Assembly (NCBI RefSeq): GCF_038025025.1
Contig: NW_027117341.1
Coordinates: 1,860,001 to 1,924,000, forward strand
Direction of reading: 5' to 3'
Length of the DNA stretch: 64,000 nt
From: Phyllosticta citribraziliensis
Taxonomy: Eukaryota
Shown here: one piece after another, positions 1 to 11,507 of the stretch
How positions within the stretch are numbered: position 1 is the stretch's first letter
Layout: the number at the start of each line of letters is the position of its first letter
Translations under genes and position numbers: made by a program
The notes under the pieces: generated by a model
Databases searched by the model: none
Told to the model about the DNA's origin: nothing
The model's input: the letters and a program-made list of their open reading frames with translations, nothing else

Positions 1-154
1 CGAGAGCACCGACACGGGCCGCCAGGCCATGGCCATGGGCGGGCGCAACGAGACGTCGTCCTCCAGCTCTGAAGGCGTCAAGCTGGATTCACTCGACGGC
101 CGTGGCAAGAAGGCGTCGTCGCCCGTTGAGGACGAGGACCTCGACGAGATATGA
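1..154 (+). CDS. 3' end of a gene truncated by the window edge (C-terminus ...GVKLDSLDGRGKKASSPVEDEDLDEI*); product unidentified
   Basis: Open frame from nt 2 to TGA at 152-154 with high GC3, followed by GT-rich 3'UTR-like sequence. Confidence 0.55.
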   Translation, partial: ESTDTGRQAMAMGGRNETSSSSSEGVKLDSLDGRGKKASSPVEDEDLDEI

Positions 155-992
155 GACGGGCTGGTTGTGCGGCTGTTGGGTTTGGCATTGAGGGCATGTG
201 GCGTTTGTATTGTAGACATGGACTTGGGCGTGTTGTGTTGTTTATTGGCTAGGCAATCCACCCGCAGCGGTGCTTTGAGTTGGAGGGGTGCAGTGTATAG
301 TTCATTGATTCGGTCGTTGCGAATGGCCTGCTGATGGATATCTACCTATGAACCCGTGTTGTGTAAAGTTACCTACCTCAGCATCGACAGAAAGCATCAA
401 TTATTGCGGACGTTTGTCTCTGTGTTTTGCCTCGTTGCAACGACCCAGTACGCGTCCGAGTGAAGTCACCCAGCGCCAAAAAAAGATTTTCAACAGCTTA
501 TCGGCCACTCGAGAGATTGTCGTCTTCGCCGGAGCCGTCGACGATGACGTGCAGCGCCATGGAGCTATTTCGGACATCTGTGCAGTGTGGACTCTGGCGG
601 GTGCGGTGCCCGTGTTCACCGATATCGGGTGAGGGAGGGGAAAATATATATGGCCGAGTCGCCCAAAAGGAGCGGGTGTGTTTGAAGGGGATGGCCTCTC
701 TGGTGTTGAGGACACAGCGGGCGAGGGCATCTTGATATGGCTACAGGTGGATGAGCCTTGAAACAGCTGCAGGTAAGCTCCCCAATTTTTTCAAGGCACA
801 TGTTTCCTTGTGCTGGTTTGACGCACGCACGGTTTGTGGGAAACGTGTCTTGAAGGACGCAGGGAAAAAATGTTGATTCAGAGGCAAGGAAACACCACCA
901 GCCTTTCTATATCGCTCCTCTCGCGCCCGCACAAAGCGTCCACATTGGCGACGGCATGCCATTAAAGGAATGAAACAGAAGAAAGCAGAATC

Positions 993-1176
993 GGATGTAG
1001 CATCGTTGGTAAGGAACAGAACGTCATGGGGCGTTCGAAAACAGCCCGTGGCCTGCTCCAGCTACGATGCCCGGTCAAGTCGTGGTCTCGGACAACTAGC
1101 AGAGGAGTTTCTGGTGGAAGGGGATTGACAGAGAAAAACACGTCGTCCAGAAGCGCCCACAATAATAATTGTCCTC
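993..1176 (-). ncRNA. Box H/ACA snoRNA, snR189-like (predicted guide for 18S rRNA psi466)
   Basis: Minus strand: hairpin 1 GGACAATTA/TAGTTGTCC, H box AGACCA (1088-1083), hairpin 2 GCATCGT/ACGATGC with upper stem GGAGCAG/CTGTTCC, and ACA box (998-996) +3 nt. Pocket 1 (TTATTGT / CTGC, 14 nt from the H box) pairs with 18S GUAG-U-G-ACAAUAA, the yeast psi466 site guided by snR189. Confidence 0.75.
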
Positions 1177-1292
1177 AATGAGTTGAGGAGAAAAAGAAGA
1201 AGAAGAGCGCGTCGGCGTGGGGAAAAGGCTTTTTGTGCAAATGCCAGCCCGGGGATTAGCCGAGCTGGCGCTGTGGCCCCGACGCTCAGACG

Positions 1293-1299
1293 CCAATCA
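1293..1299 (+). promoter_or_regulatory. CCAATCA box (CCAAT-binding/Hap complex site) upstream of the complex I 75-kDa gene
   Basis: Exact CCAATCA ~150 nt upstream of the ATG; the same motif occurs upstream of QCR2. Confidence 0.45.
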
Positions 1300-1448
1300 G
1301 CGGCCTGGGGTTGCGGGTAGGCTAAGAGCTAAACCGCTTTGGGCCCTCGAGCTGGGGTTGGGTCCTGACGACACTCCAACACCACTGCACGAGTATTGTC
1401 CTCTGCTCCCATTGCCATCGACCCTCGTCCCGTTGCTGCTCGTCCACC

Positions 1449-3994
1449 ATGATGCGGCAACACCTCCTCCGTTCAATCAGGCAGCCTGCGCGCCTGTCGT
1501 CCCTCAATGCTCGCAGGACCTTTGCCGCCTCGTCCAACCGCCCGGCCGAGGTGGAGCTCACAATCGGTGCGTCTGCTGCCCACCCCGCAAACCGTCGCCG
1601 CCGCGCAAGCTAACCCGGACTCACAGACGGCAAAAAGGTATCCATAGAAGGTGAGCCTTTGATCAACCCCACGAGCCATGCCTCCTCCGCTCCATTGGGG
1701 ACGCTCTCGCTGACGGCCGCTCCTCTCACGCCACACAGCCGGCTCTGCCCTCATCCAAGCCTGCGAAAAGGCCGGCTCCACCGTCCCCCGCTACTGCTAC
1801 CATGAGAAGCTCATGATTGCCGGCAACTGCCGCATGTGCCTCGTCGAGGTCGAGCGCGCCCCCAAGCCCGTCGCCTCGTGCGCCTGGCCCGTCCAGCCCG
1901 GCATGAACGTCAAGACCGACTCGCCCCTGGTGCACAAGGCCCGCGAGGGCGTCATGGAATTCTTGCTCGCCAACCACCCGCTCGACTGCCCCATCTGCGA
2001 CCAAGGTGGCGAGTGCGACCTCCAGGACCAGTCGATGCGGTACGGCGCCGATCGAGGTCGCTTCCACGAAATGACTGGCAAGCGCGCCGTCGAGGACAAG
2101 AACATTGGGCCATTGATCAAGGTGGGAAGGGATTGGAATTGCGGGTTCTGCTCACGAGCTGACGTGGGAGATAGACTTCGATGAACAGGTGCATCCACTG
2201 CACCAGGTGCGTTCGGTTCGCCAACGACATTGCCGGCGCCCCCGAGTTTGGCTCCACCGGCCGCGGCAACGACCTCCAGATCGGCACCTACATTGAAAAG
2301 ACGCTCGACTCTGAAATGTCTGGCAATGTCATCGACCTCTGCCCTGTCGGCGCGCTGACGTCCAAGCCGTATGCGTTCAAGGCCCGTCCCTGGGAACTGT
2401 ACCACTTTGAGTCGATTGATGTGCTGGATGGTCTGGGATCCAACATTCGAGTCGACACGAGGGGCATGCAAGTGCTCAGAATTCTTCCGAGATTGAATGA
2501 CGACGTCAACGAGGAGTGGATCAACGACAAGAGCCGTTTTGCCTGCGACGCGCTCAGCACCCAGAGACTGACGATTCCGTTGGTCCGCAACAACGACCAA
2601 TTCCAACCCGCCACCTGGGAACAGGCGCTCGTTGAAGTTGCCAATGCGTACGAGAGGATCCAGCCCAAGGGCAACGAGTTCAAGGCCGTTGCTGGCGCGC
2701 TGGTAGAGACTGAGACCATGGTGGCCATGAAGGACTTGGCCAACAGACTGGGCTCGGACAACCTCGCCCTGGACACTGTCAACGGAAGCGAGCCGGCACC
2801 GCACGGTATTGACGTCAGGTCAAACTACAGCTTCAACTCCAAGATTTATGGTGTAGAAGAGGCTGATGCCATTCTTCTGGTTGGCACCAACCCCAGACAC
2901 GAGGCTGCCGTCCTGAACGCCCGCATCAGGAAGCAATGGCTGCGCTCTGACCTCGAAATTGGTCTTGTTGGCGAGGACTTTGAGAGTACCTTCGAGTACG
3001 AGAAGCTCGGAGTCAACGCCTCGGATCTCAAGCAGGCGCTGGCTGGTCCTTTTGGCCAGAAGCTCGCCGAGGCCAAGAGGCCCATGATTGTCGTCGGCAG
3101 CGGTGCTGTTGAGCATGCCGATTCCAAGTCCATCCTCGAGACTGTTGGCAACTTTGTCGAGAAGCACAAGACCAACTTTGTCACGCCCGAGTGGAACGGC
3201 TACAACGTCCTCCAGCGCCAGGCCTCGCGCGCTGGTGCCTATGAAGTCGGCTTCACGGTGCCCTCGGCAGAGGTTGCCAAGACGCAGCCCAAGTTCATCT
3301 GGCTTCTGGGAGCTGATGAGATCAACGAAAAGGACATTCCCAAGGACGCATTCGTCGTCTACCAGGGCCACCACGGCGACAAGGGCGCCCAACTCGCCGA
3401 CGTGGTGCTGCCCGGCGCGGCCTACACCGAGTCGGCAGGCACGTACCTCAACACCGAAGGCCGGGTGCAGATGACGCGGGCAGCAACGTCGCTGCTGGGC
3501 GCGGCGCGGCACGACTGGAAGATCATCCGCGCGGCGTCCGAGTTCCTGGGCCAGCCGCTGCCGTACGACGACGTCGAGGCGCTGCGCGACCGCATGGAGG
3601 AGGTGTCGCCCGCGCTGCGCCGCTACGACGTGGTGGAGCAGACGTCGCAGCCGCTGGCGGCGCAGCTGGCGCGTGTCCAGCTCGTCGACCAGAACAAGGG
3701 CGCCGAGGCCAAGGCGACGGGCGCGCCGCTCCGGAAGCCGATTGAGAATTTCTTCTTTACTGATGTCATTTCGAGAAAGTGAGTGCCCTCTCCCCTTCTT
3801 TCCTTTCTTCTTAGATTGGGTATGCGTGCGGAGGATGTTGGCTAATGCGTTGCCTCTACAGCTCCCCCACCATGGCGCGCTGCTCGGCTGCAAAGGCCGC
3901 CCGCGACCCGCACACCAACTTCATGGCGCCCGGCGAGCCGTATCCGCAGGTCGAATACGGGCCGCCGGGCCAGCAGAGCGCGGCGGCTGCTTAG
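1449..3994 (+). CDS. nuo78: NADH:ubiquinone oxidoreductase 75/78-kDa subunit (NDUFS1), spliced
   Basis: Mitochondrial presequence, then [50 protein letters not shown] and [13 protein letters not shown]e-S motifs; 4 GT-AG introns; last exon NSPTMARCS...AAAA* with TAG at 3992-3994. Confidence 0.96.
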
Positions 3995-6150
3995 AGCGCA
4001 AGTAGGTCAATCAGTCAGTCAGTCAGTAGAAGATTGGTACCAAGTAGTGGTCGGTCAATGGTTGGTTCCAACAAGAGAGAAAATATCACGACTACTGGCG
4101 GTGGTGCCAGTCAGCCCTCTCATTCTCTTCCTTTGGTGGCCCGAAGACGGTTTTGTCGGGACGAGGCTGCAGGCGAGCGAGCGTGGTCGGTGAGAAAAGC
4201 GGAACACGTCGTGTATGACGGAGCAAGCAAGCAAGCAAGCAGAATCTATCATACCTACTAGAAATTAGACAGAGCTCTTGCGCGAGCTACGTAGCTATGA
4301 GGTGTAAGTAAGTAAGTAAGCGAGCGAGCGAGTCAGCTATGTCGGTGGAGCGGCAGAGGGAGGCGAAGTGAGATGGGGAGGTTGTTGCTAGGGGTGGCGA
4401 TGGAGGTGGGATGTGGGTGGTAGATCTTTTTCCCTCTTCTTTTCTCCTTGTCTTTTCTCTCTCTCCTCTTTCTTTCTTTCCTTCTTTCTTTCTTTTGCTG
4501 AGCGCTTCCGTTGTCGTTTACTTACGCTTTTCTGTATCTCCCCCCATGCCTGTGTGTATATAAGATACAAACAATACATCGTCGTCGGTTACTCTATGAA
4601 GAAGGCCAGGACGCAGAATCATTGTCGGCATAGTTGTCTAGCTATGTGAGAGAGTGGGCAAGGTAAGTGAGCCGTGTCGTGTCGTGTCGTGTCATTCTTT
4701 GCTATCTACCTACATACATACTGAACGAACGCACTTATGTGTGTCAAAGTATAGTCAGGGGAGGACGACAGGTGTATGGAGGCATTTGTTCATTTGTCAT
4801 TCAGCATGACGCGAGATGGATAGGTACTGAACAACACAACAACCAACCACATTTCCCAGCTCCCTCACACGCCTCACACTACCCATGCACACCTCCTCCA
4901 CGGCCGCCTCCAACCTCCAACCGCCTCCTCAACGCCAGCGCTTTTGCGCGTGACCAGGTAGACAGATAAGAGCTCTTGTATCACCTTCCTTGCTGCGGCT
5001 ACACAGCAACTGACCGTCCGATACGATACCAACGAACACTGCCGTCCTGCCTGCTTGGCCAATGGGCGGTGGAGGCTTGACTAGCACTTAGCAGCACCGA
5101 CGTCTTTCTTCAATGCTCGGAGGGGGAAAGAGCTGAAGCAAGTCGTTGACGGCCCGGCCCAATTGAACCATCTGTGAATGACCAGACAGACGTCCGGCGG
5201 CGGCGGCGGCGGCGGCGGGATGCCGCATGCCTTGAGTCTGTCGATTGCGGAATTCTATCAGGAACTTGTGCGTTTGCGCGCGCGTGGTATTCCTCTCTTG
5301 TGCCTAGGCAAACTGGTTGACGGACCAACATTCCCTTCTCTGTGCACAATATCGCAGCCACGACGCCTCGAGCTATACATACCAACTTGGTCAAGACCCC
5401 TTCGTCGCCGCCGTCGTCGTCGTCGTGTCGGCTGGCAGGCCAACAACGCTTCCTGCCCGTTCACGATTCTGCTCTGCTCCTGAGCTGACAGATTGGCATC
5501 ACATGGCGGACGGATGTGCCGTGGCAACTGAAGCCACCAGTGAGTGTAAGGTAGGGACGACGAGGGCGACACACTGCACTACACTGCACTGCACTGACGG
5601 CAGGATTCATGATACCTAGGCGGAGATCGGATTTCCTTGGGAGTGTGAGATGGAAGTAATCATCAATCATTCATCAATGTACCCACGTCTTCCTTCTGCG
5701 TGTATCTACTACTGGTCAAGTAATCCAACCACCACCCAAGCTGTATAAGAGGGCAATGATATACCGCACGCCAACAAGCCAAGCCCGAACGAAGCAACGC
5801 AACCCGTTGTTGCGTCAACAGCAGCGCGCAGCCAGCCAGTCGACCGTGCTGCTGAAAAATAGAAGGAAAGGAAAGAAATAGAAGAGGAGGAGAAGAGGAG
5901 AAAGCAGAGTGCTGCCGCCCAGCCCACGCAAGAAAGAAGTGAGCGCCAAAGACCAATCATACCATCATACGTACCAGCGGCCGTGAGTAGTGGACGAGAC
6001 GAGACGCGACGAACCAAAGAACCCCGAGCGAGACCCAAATAGACAACGACAACGTTTGTCCAATCCCAAGCCCAAGCCCACGCCACGCGCGCGCGAACCT
6101 GTCAACTGACGACGAGACGAGACGGGACGAATCCAATCCAACTCCCCTCC

Positions 6151-8865
6151 TCAAAACACATCATCCGGCCACTCAAAGCTGTGCCGCTTGCTGCCGCTCG
6201 ACACGTTCACGCCTCTCTGTGCACGCGTCACAGTCCTGCGGCCAACGGTGCCACCGGCAGCGCCAGCACCAGCACCACCGCTTGCATTCCTCTGCTCCTC
6301 GTCATCGACATCGCCACGGGCATTCGCGCTCGCCATGGCGCTCTTGGGCCGTTCGCGCTCGCGCTCGCCTGCAAAAGCCCACTCGTGGCTGCTAGTGGTA
6401 ATGGTGGTAGAGGTGCTGCCTTTGCCAGCGCCAAAGCCGACGCCGCGGTCGACGCTGACGGCGCTGGTGCGTGGGCCGGCGCCGGCTCCACTGCCGCTGC
6501 CGCTGTCGACGCGCTTTGCGGGCATTGCTGTGGCTGTCGGGGGTGCGGCGTCGCTCGTCGACGTTCTGGCGGCTGGTTTGTCGACCTTGGCAGCCTCGTC
6601 AACACTTCCGCGCCGCGAGTCGGCCGTGTTGTTGGTCTCGCCTTTGTCGACGATGACGCTCGTGCTCTTGCGCTGCGCAGCGGGCGTCATGTGTCGCGCG
6701 GTCGAGACGGGCGGGGCGTCCTTGAGGGGCACGGTGAGGGTGGTCTGCGAGGTGGTCGAGACGGACGAGGCAAACGACGACCGGGCGCCGGTGCTCTCCG
6801 TAAAGGACGACTTGCCCTTTAGTTTGGGATCGGCGTTCTCGTTGTTGGTAGTGTTGGCAGGCAGCGGATTCTTCCTCGGACGACCGCGCTTGCGCTTGGG
6901 CGGGCCGGCTGCTTCTTCATCGGCCAGCAGCTCATCCTCGTCATCACCGCCGGGTTGAGGAAGTGGCTTCCACGTTTGCGGCGGCGGCTTGTATGACAGG
7001 TTGTCATCGTCGCCGGCGGCCTTGTGTTTCTTGGGCGGACGGCCACGCTTCTTGGGTTGTTTTGTGATTTTGTTGGACTCGGCCAAAGCCGGAGACGCGA
7101 CATCTGCAACCCAGATGTCGGCGGTTGCAATCGTTGGAGCATCAAGGTGAGGAGTGGGGTTGGTGGAAAAGTTGTCCCGCGCCAGTTCATCTTCTTGCTC
7201 ATCCTCGATCAGCTCTGGCGGAGGGGCGCGCATCGAGGGGGGCGAAGACGGAGGAAAAGCGTCTTCGCGGGCATCTGCCTGTTCGGGCGAAAGGAGGCGG
7301 CCAGATGGTAGCGTGGGCAGATGGCGGTTTGTGAGGTCTGATATCTTCTTCTTGAGGGGCGACACGCGTGGCCGCGGTGTATTCACCGTGTTGGTAATGC
7401 TGGTACTCGACAAGGTGGCCGCCAGGTGCGATGGCACGGCTGGCAGAGGCGGCGGCGGCGAGCTGTCACCCAGGGCCTGGTACAGCTCGCGGCGGGCGTC
7501 TTTGAGCTTGAGCTCCAAGTCACTGACGCGCTTTGACAGCTTGAGCTGCTTTTGCAGGTCTCTTTTCGAACCGGAGCGCCGCAAGGTCGAATTTGGCGTC
7601 GAAGGCGGTAGAGTGTGGCCGTGGTCTGCCGGCTCCCCTCTGAAATCGGCGTCGAGGTGGTGGTGGGCTGCGGGCGACGACGGCGGCGGCGGCAAACGTT
7701 TCTGCCCAAGATGAGCCTCCGATCGTGCCCGCTTCAAGTTGGCGAATGAAGGAGTCCGAAAGTGCAGCGCCGACTTGCGCGTCGTCTCGCCGGCTGGAGG
7801 CGGAGACGAGAGCAGATGGGCCGCGCTCTTGGACGCCTCCTTCTGCGAGTAGGGACGCGCCGTGGAAACATGCTGGTGGGGATCAATACCTGAAATGCCC
7901 GAATCCCTCTGTCGGTCGGCAGGCGCAGCGTGGCCATCGTAGCCCGGCGTGTAGACGTACGTCCCAGACGGAATGCCATAGGTGCCCTGCTTGCCCAGCT
8001 GCCCTGCCGCCTTGAGCTTTGCGTACTGCTCCTCTGCCCGCGCAGCTCGCTGCCGCAATATCTTGCGCGTCTGATCGTCCAAGTCTTCTTCCAGCACCTC
8101 TTGCCGCGTGTCTTGCCATTTTTGGTTCAGCTTTTGCCAGATGTTGACGGGATTGAAGGTGGAGGCGATTGAGCGGCCAAACTTGAAGACGCTGGCATCC
8201 TTGGCCGCCGCCTCCCTGGCTGCAGTGTTGTTGGTGACGCCGCTCGAGATTGACTGGGCCCGCTGGTGCGAGGAGCCTCTGCTGGGCCCACGAGGGCCAG
8301 GCGCAACCGTGTTTGTGGCGTGGTAATCCTCCATGAGCTGGTCGACCGACGTCGAGACGCTGTTGTTGCCGCGCTTGGTGAAGCGCGTGAAGAAGCTCGG
8401 CGGCTTGTCGCTGGCGCGATCGTGCATGCTGGCTTCTTGAAACTTGGACATTCTCGACGGCGAGCCCATGTGGCGGCGGAGGTACGACTCTCTGGCCTTG
8501 CGGCTGCGGTGCGAGTCGGGCGAGCCGGGCTCCTGTTGTTGGTTCGTCAGCGGCCAGTTGGAAGAGCGGCGACGCTTGGAAGAGTAGGAGGTGCTGTCGA
8601 CCTGTCCCACGCGGCCAAACTCGTCGCAATCGTCTTCGTTGCCGGACCGCCGTCTCTTGGAGGAGCCTCCGAAACTCGTGTGCGCTGGGTCGAGGGTGGG
8701 TAGTTGTAGGCCTTCGACGATGGAGTTGCGACGCGACTTTTGCGAGGCGCCATTTGCGGGGCTTGTCGCATCCTGTAAACAAACATCAGCAAGGGAGTCT
8801 TCGGGGCACAGTCGCATTCGACGTACGGGGACGACGGCGTCGGCGGGCTCGGGAGTGGGCGCCAT
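6151..8865 (-). CDS. Hypothetical low-complexity nuclear protein with two AT-hook motifs and a coiled coil
   Basis: 904-codon ORF; PKKRGRPPKK and KRKRGRPRK AT-hooks; LSKRVSDLELKLKDARREL coiled coil; probable 54-nt in-frame intron at 8773-8826. Confidence 0.8.
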   Translation of the reverse strand: MAPTPEPADAVVPVRRMRLCPEDSLADVCLQDATSPANGASQKSRRNSIVEGLQLPTLDPAHTSFGGSSKRRRSGNEDDCDEFGRVGQVDSTSYSSKRRRSSNWPLTNQQQEPGSPDSHRSRKARESYLRRHMGSPSRMSKFQEASMHDRASDKPPSFFTRFTKRGNNSVSTSVDQLMEDYHATNTVAPGPRGPSRGSSHQRAQSISSGVTNNTAAREAAAKDASVFKFGRSIASTFNPVNIWQKLNQKWQDTRQEVLEEDLDDQTRKILRQRAARAEEQYAKLKAAGQLGKQGTYGIPSGTYVYTPGYDGHAAPADRQRDSGISGIDPHQHVSTARPYSQKEASKSAAHLLSSPPPAGETTRKSALHFRTPSFANLKRARSEAHLGQKRLPPPPSSPAAHHHLDADFRGEPADHGHTLPPSTPNSTLRRSGSKRDLQKQLKLSKRVSDLELKLKDARRELYQALGDSSPPPPLPAVPSHLAATLSSTSITNTVNTPRPRVSPLKKKISDLTNRHLPTLPSGRLLSPEQADAREDAFPPSSPPSMRAPPPELIEDEQEDELARDNFSTNPTPHLDAPTIATADIWVADVASPALAESNKITKQPKKRGRPPKKHKAAGDDDNLSYKPPPQTWKPLPQPGGDDEDELLADEEAAGPPKRKRGRPRKNPLPANTTNNENADPKLKGKSSFTESTGARSSFASSVSTTSQTTLTVPLKDAPPVSTARHMTPAAQRKSTSVIVDKGETNNTADSRRGSVDEAAKVDKPAARTSTSDAAPPTATAMPAKRVDSGSGSGAGAGPRTSAVSVDRGVGFGAGKGSTSTTITTSSHEWAFAGERERERPKSAMASANARGDVDDEEQRNASGGAGAGAAGGTVGRRTVTRAQRGVNVSSGSKRHSFEWPDDVF

Positions 8866-9623
8866 GATGGTGTGAAACGTCGAGGAAGACGCAGAGCAGA
8901 GCAGAGCGGCAGGTCAGTAATGGACGCGCTTAAGTATAATGGGCGAAGAGCATGCTCAGCGACTCAAGGGCCAGTGTTGTCGGGGGCGCGAGACAGTGGT
9001 GGTGACGGGTCAAGTTGAGCGCGTGCAGGTCGGACGAGACGTCGCGCGCCGGGGCGAGTCGGGTTGTCACGGCAGCGCACATGAACCACCTGCGCAGTCT
9101 TTATGCACCGTCTGTCTGCGTCAATTCACCAGACGACGACCGCTGGGCGTTTCAAAATTAGACAGTCAATGGTTGCAGCGTGCATCGTCCATTTTTTGAA
9201 TCTCAACTACCGAGCAAAGCTACCAGATACCCGCTCAGAAACAACACATGGCGTCACACTCATGCCCACCCGAGTCGAGTCAGAGCTGCCATTGTGCCCA
9301 AGAGGCATCGACGTGTTCGTGGCCATACAGTTTTACATCAAGGAAATGCTGCTATTAGAAGGCCCCGGCCGCTGTAAACGAAAACTCAAGCCGCGCGGAA
9401 TCATGACCGGCGCGATGACAAGGACAAAGGAAACAAGTCGTTGCGCCCGTGTGCGCCTAAAAGCAAAATCAACGCAAGGAAATGGTATCGTCGTCAAGCC
9501 GCGAGGGCGGCCGAAATCAACAGTGGAGAAATGGCAATCTTGAAAATCACAAGCGTGACAAGGAGCATCCCCGCTCCCACCAGACGAGCCCCGCGCAACA
9601 CGAGGAAACAAGCTCAACACCCG

Positions 9624-11507
9624 CTATGTCGACAAGGGAATGCGACGGCTGCGTTGCGTGCCGTCAGCGCGACGGTAACTCATAGCACGCTCGTCAAAAA
9701 CCTCATCGTCCCCCGACCCGTCGAGCGCCCCGAGTCCATTATCATCGACTGGCATGTTAACGTTGGGACGGGCACCCTGTCGCAGAGGTTGCTCAATGTG
9801 GTCCGTGTCAAACGTCGAAGAAAACGATCTTTTTGTCGAGGCGGACATGGGCTGAGCGCTGGTTTCAGCGTGTCCACCGTACGACTTGTTGCCGGGGTAC
9901 GAGTGAGGAGCAATCGGCTCGTTTGGCGTGGTGACGGATGACAGGGGCAAGCCATGACCAGGCATTGGGTAAGAGGGAGACACGGGTTCAAGCTTCTCGG
10001 CAGGCGGCTGGAGGGTCTTGAGAGGAGCCAACGCATATCCGTTGACGTGAGAAGTCGAAGAATTTTGGTTGGAAGCAGGGTGGGGAGTCTGCGGACTTTG
10101 CACGGGTTGAGCCTGGGGTGGGTTCATCTGGTGCTGCCGGTTGTAGTTGGACTCGAGCGTTCCAAACGGTGCCATGATTTGGCTTGGAGGTTGAGGTGGA
10201 CCGGCAATGGAAGCACGACGGTACTCGGGAGGAGCAGTGGATCCAAAGTCCAGGCTCTCGTGGCGCACCTGTTGTGGAGGGTGCTCATAGTGGCCGTACT
10301 GCTGTCCGGATCCATAGCCATACGGCTGCGACATGGGCATCTGTGCAGGCGGCTGCGCCTGCGACTGCCACGAACCGTGAGACGGCATGTTGTAAGAAGC
10401 TTGGGGTGGCTGCATGGGCTGCTGTTGCGGCTGAGAGGCCGGATACTGATTTGCGTATTGAGGAGGTGCGGGGGCAGAGGGGTACTGCATCTGTTGGGGA
10501 TAGGCATTCTGTGGCGCCTGAGGAGGGGGCATCTGCGACTGGTATCCTTGGTTATACTGCTGTGCCATTTCCTGCACCGACGGGCGTCGGGGAGGTGGAG
10601 CTGCATATGAGTGGTTGCTGGCATTACTCTGCGACCTGGGCCGGTCGCTTCCATCCGACATGGGCTGGGGAGTGTGGACTGCATTGGGGCCGTACATGTC
10701 TGGCGTGGCCGTCCGAGTGCGCTCATAACCGGTCTTGTCGTCGTAGTCATACGGTTCATCCTTGGTCTTGGTCTCTCTCCTCCTCATGCGAACATCACGG
10801 CGAATCCTGACCCGGCAACCTTGTTCGGCCACAACGCGGCTAAGAGCAGTGCTTTCCGTGAGGCCGGGGAACTTTTTGGCGCTGAAAACCAGAAACGGAG
10901 CAGACTTGACCTCGAGCCTGTGGGAAACGTGGGCGCTCACTCCACCTTGCATGTGTTCGGGCGACCGGTCGTCGCTGTCCATGTCCTTTGGTTCCTTCAA
11001 CTCCTCGTACAAGGCAAAACTCAGACGGTACTTGCCCTCGTGGCGGACCGAGAGATCAGGGAAGATGAAGTAACCCGCGGGCTGCGGGCGATCCAGATAG
11101 GCCATGCCGGCAACGGGAGTTCCAGTCAAGACGGGAAAGCTCGCCTGGGCGGCGGCGACGCGTCCCTGGCCAGCCAGATTACGGGCATTTTCCAGCGTGG
11201 CAAAGAGGAAGAAATTGGCGTTGTAGGAGAATGTAATCTCATTTTGCTTACCCTCACCTTCGTAGATGCGCAGTTCCACAATGGGAGGAGGGTCGACGGG
11301 GCGGCGGTCGGCCGAGGCTTTGGCAAGTCAGTGGTTGGAAGGGCAGGGAGGATTCGCGGCATACGTACACTTTGCTCCAGAACCGCAAGCCCTGGCACGC
11401 TCGGGCTGCTGGATGACTTGCATCGAGTAGGTGATGCGCTTGCCCTCCTTGGTGACTCTCGAAGACGAACTCATGGTCTCGTTGGGGACGGGAATAATGG
11501 ACGCCAT
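9624..11507 (-). CDS. veA: Velvet regulator VeA
   Basis: N-terminus [44 protein letters not shown] (intron 11318-11368); velvet domain [17 protein letters not shown] and [14 protein letters not shown]...[11 protein letters not shown]-terminal MSYRRADG. Confidence 0.95.

Noticed and set aside
765..785. CTTACCTG on the minus strand, resembling the U1 snRNA 5' end
   Set aside because: Lacks the ATAC start, a stem-closed loop I and a properly placed Sm site; it could equally be a chance splice-donor-like sequence on the plus strand
1797..3893. Long antisense ORFs over nuo78 (similarly 18999-20051, 10611-12311, 16008-17255, 42525-43628, 57967-59025)
   Set aside because: Shadow frames expected from the high GC3 of the real genes on the opposite strand; no recognisable motifs
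4000..6150. Possible genes or snoRNAs between nuo78 and the AT-hook gene
   Set aside because: SSR-rich convergent 3' region; isolated splice-like motifs but no consistent ORF or complete box C/D or H/ACA structure
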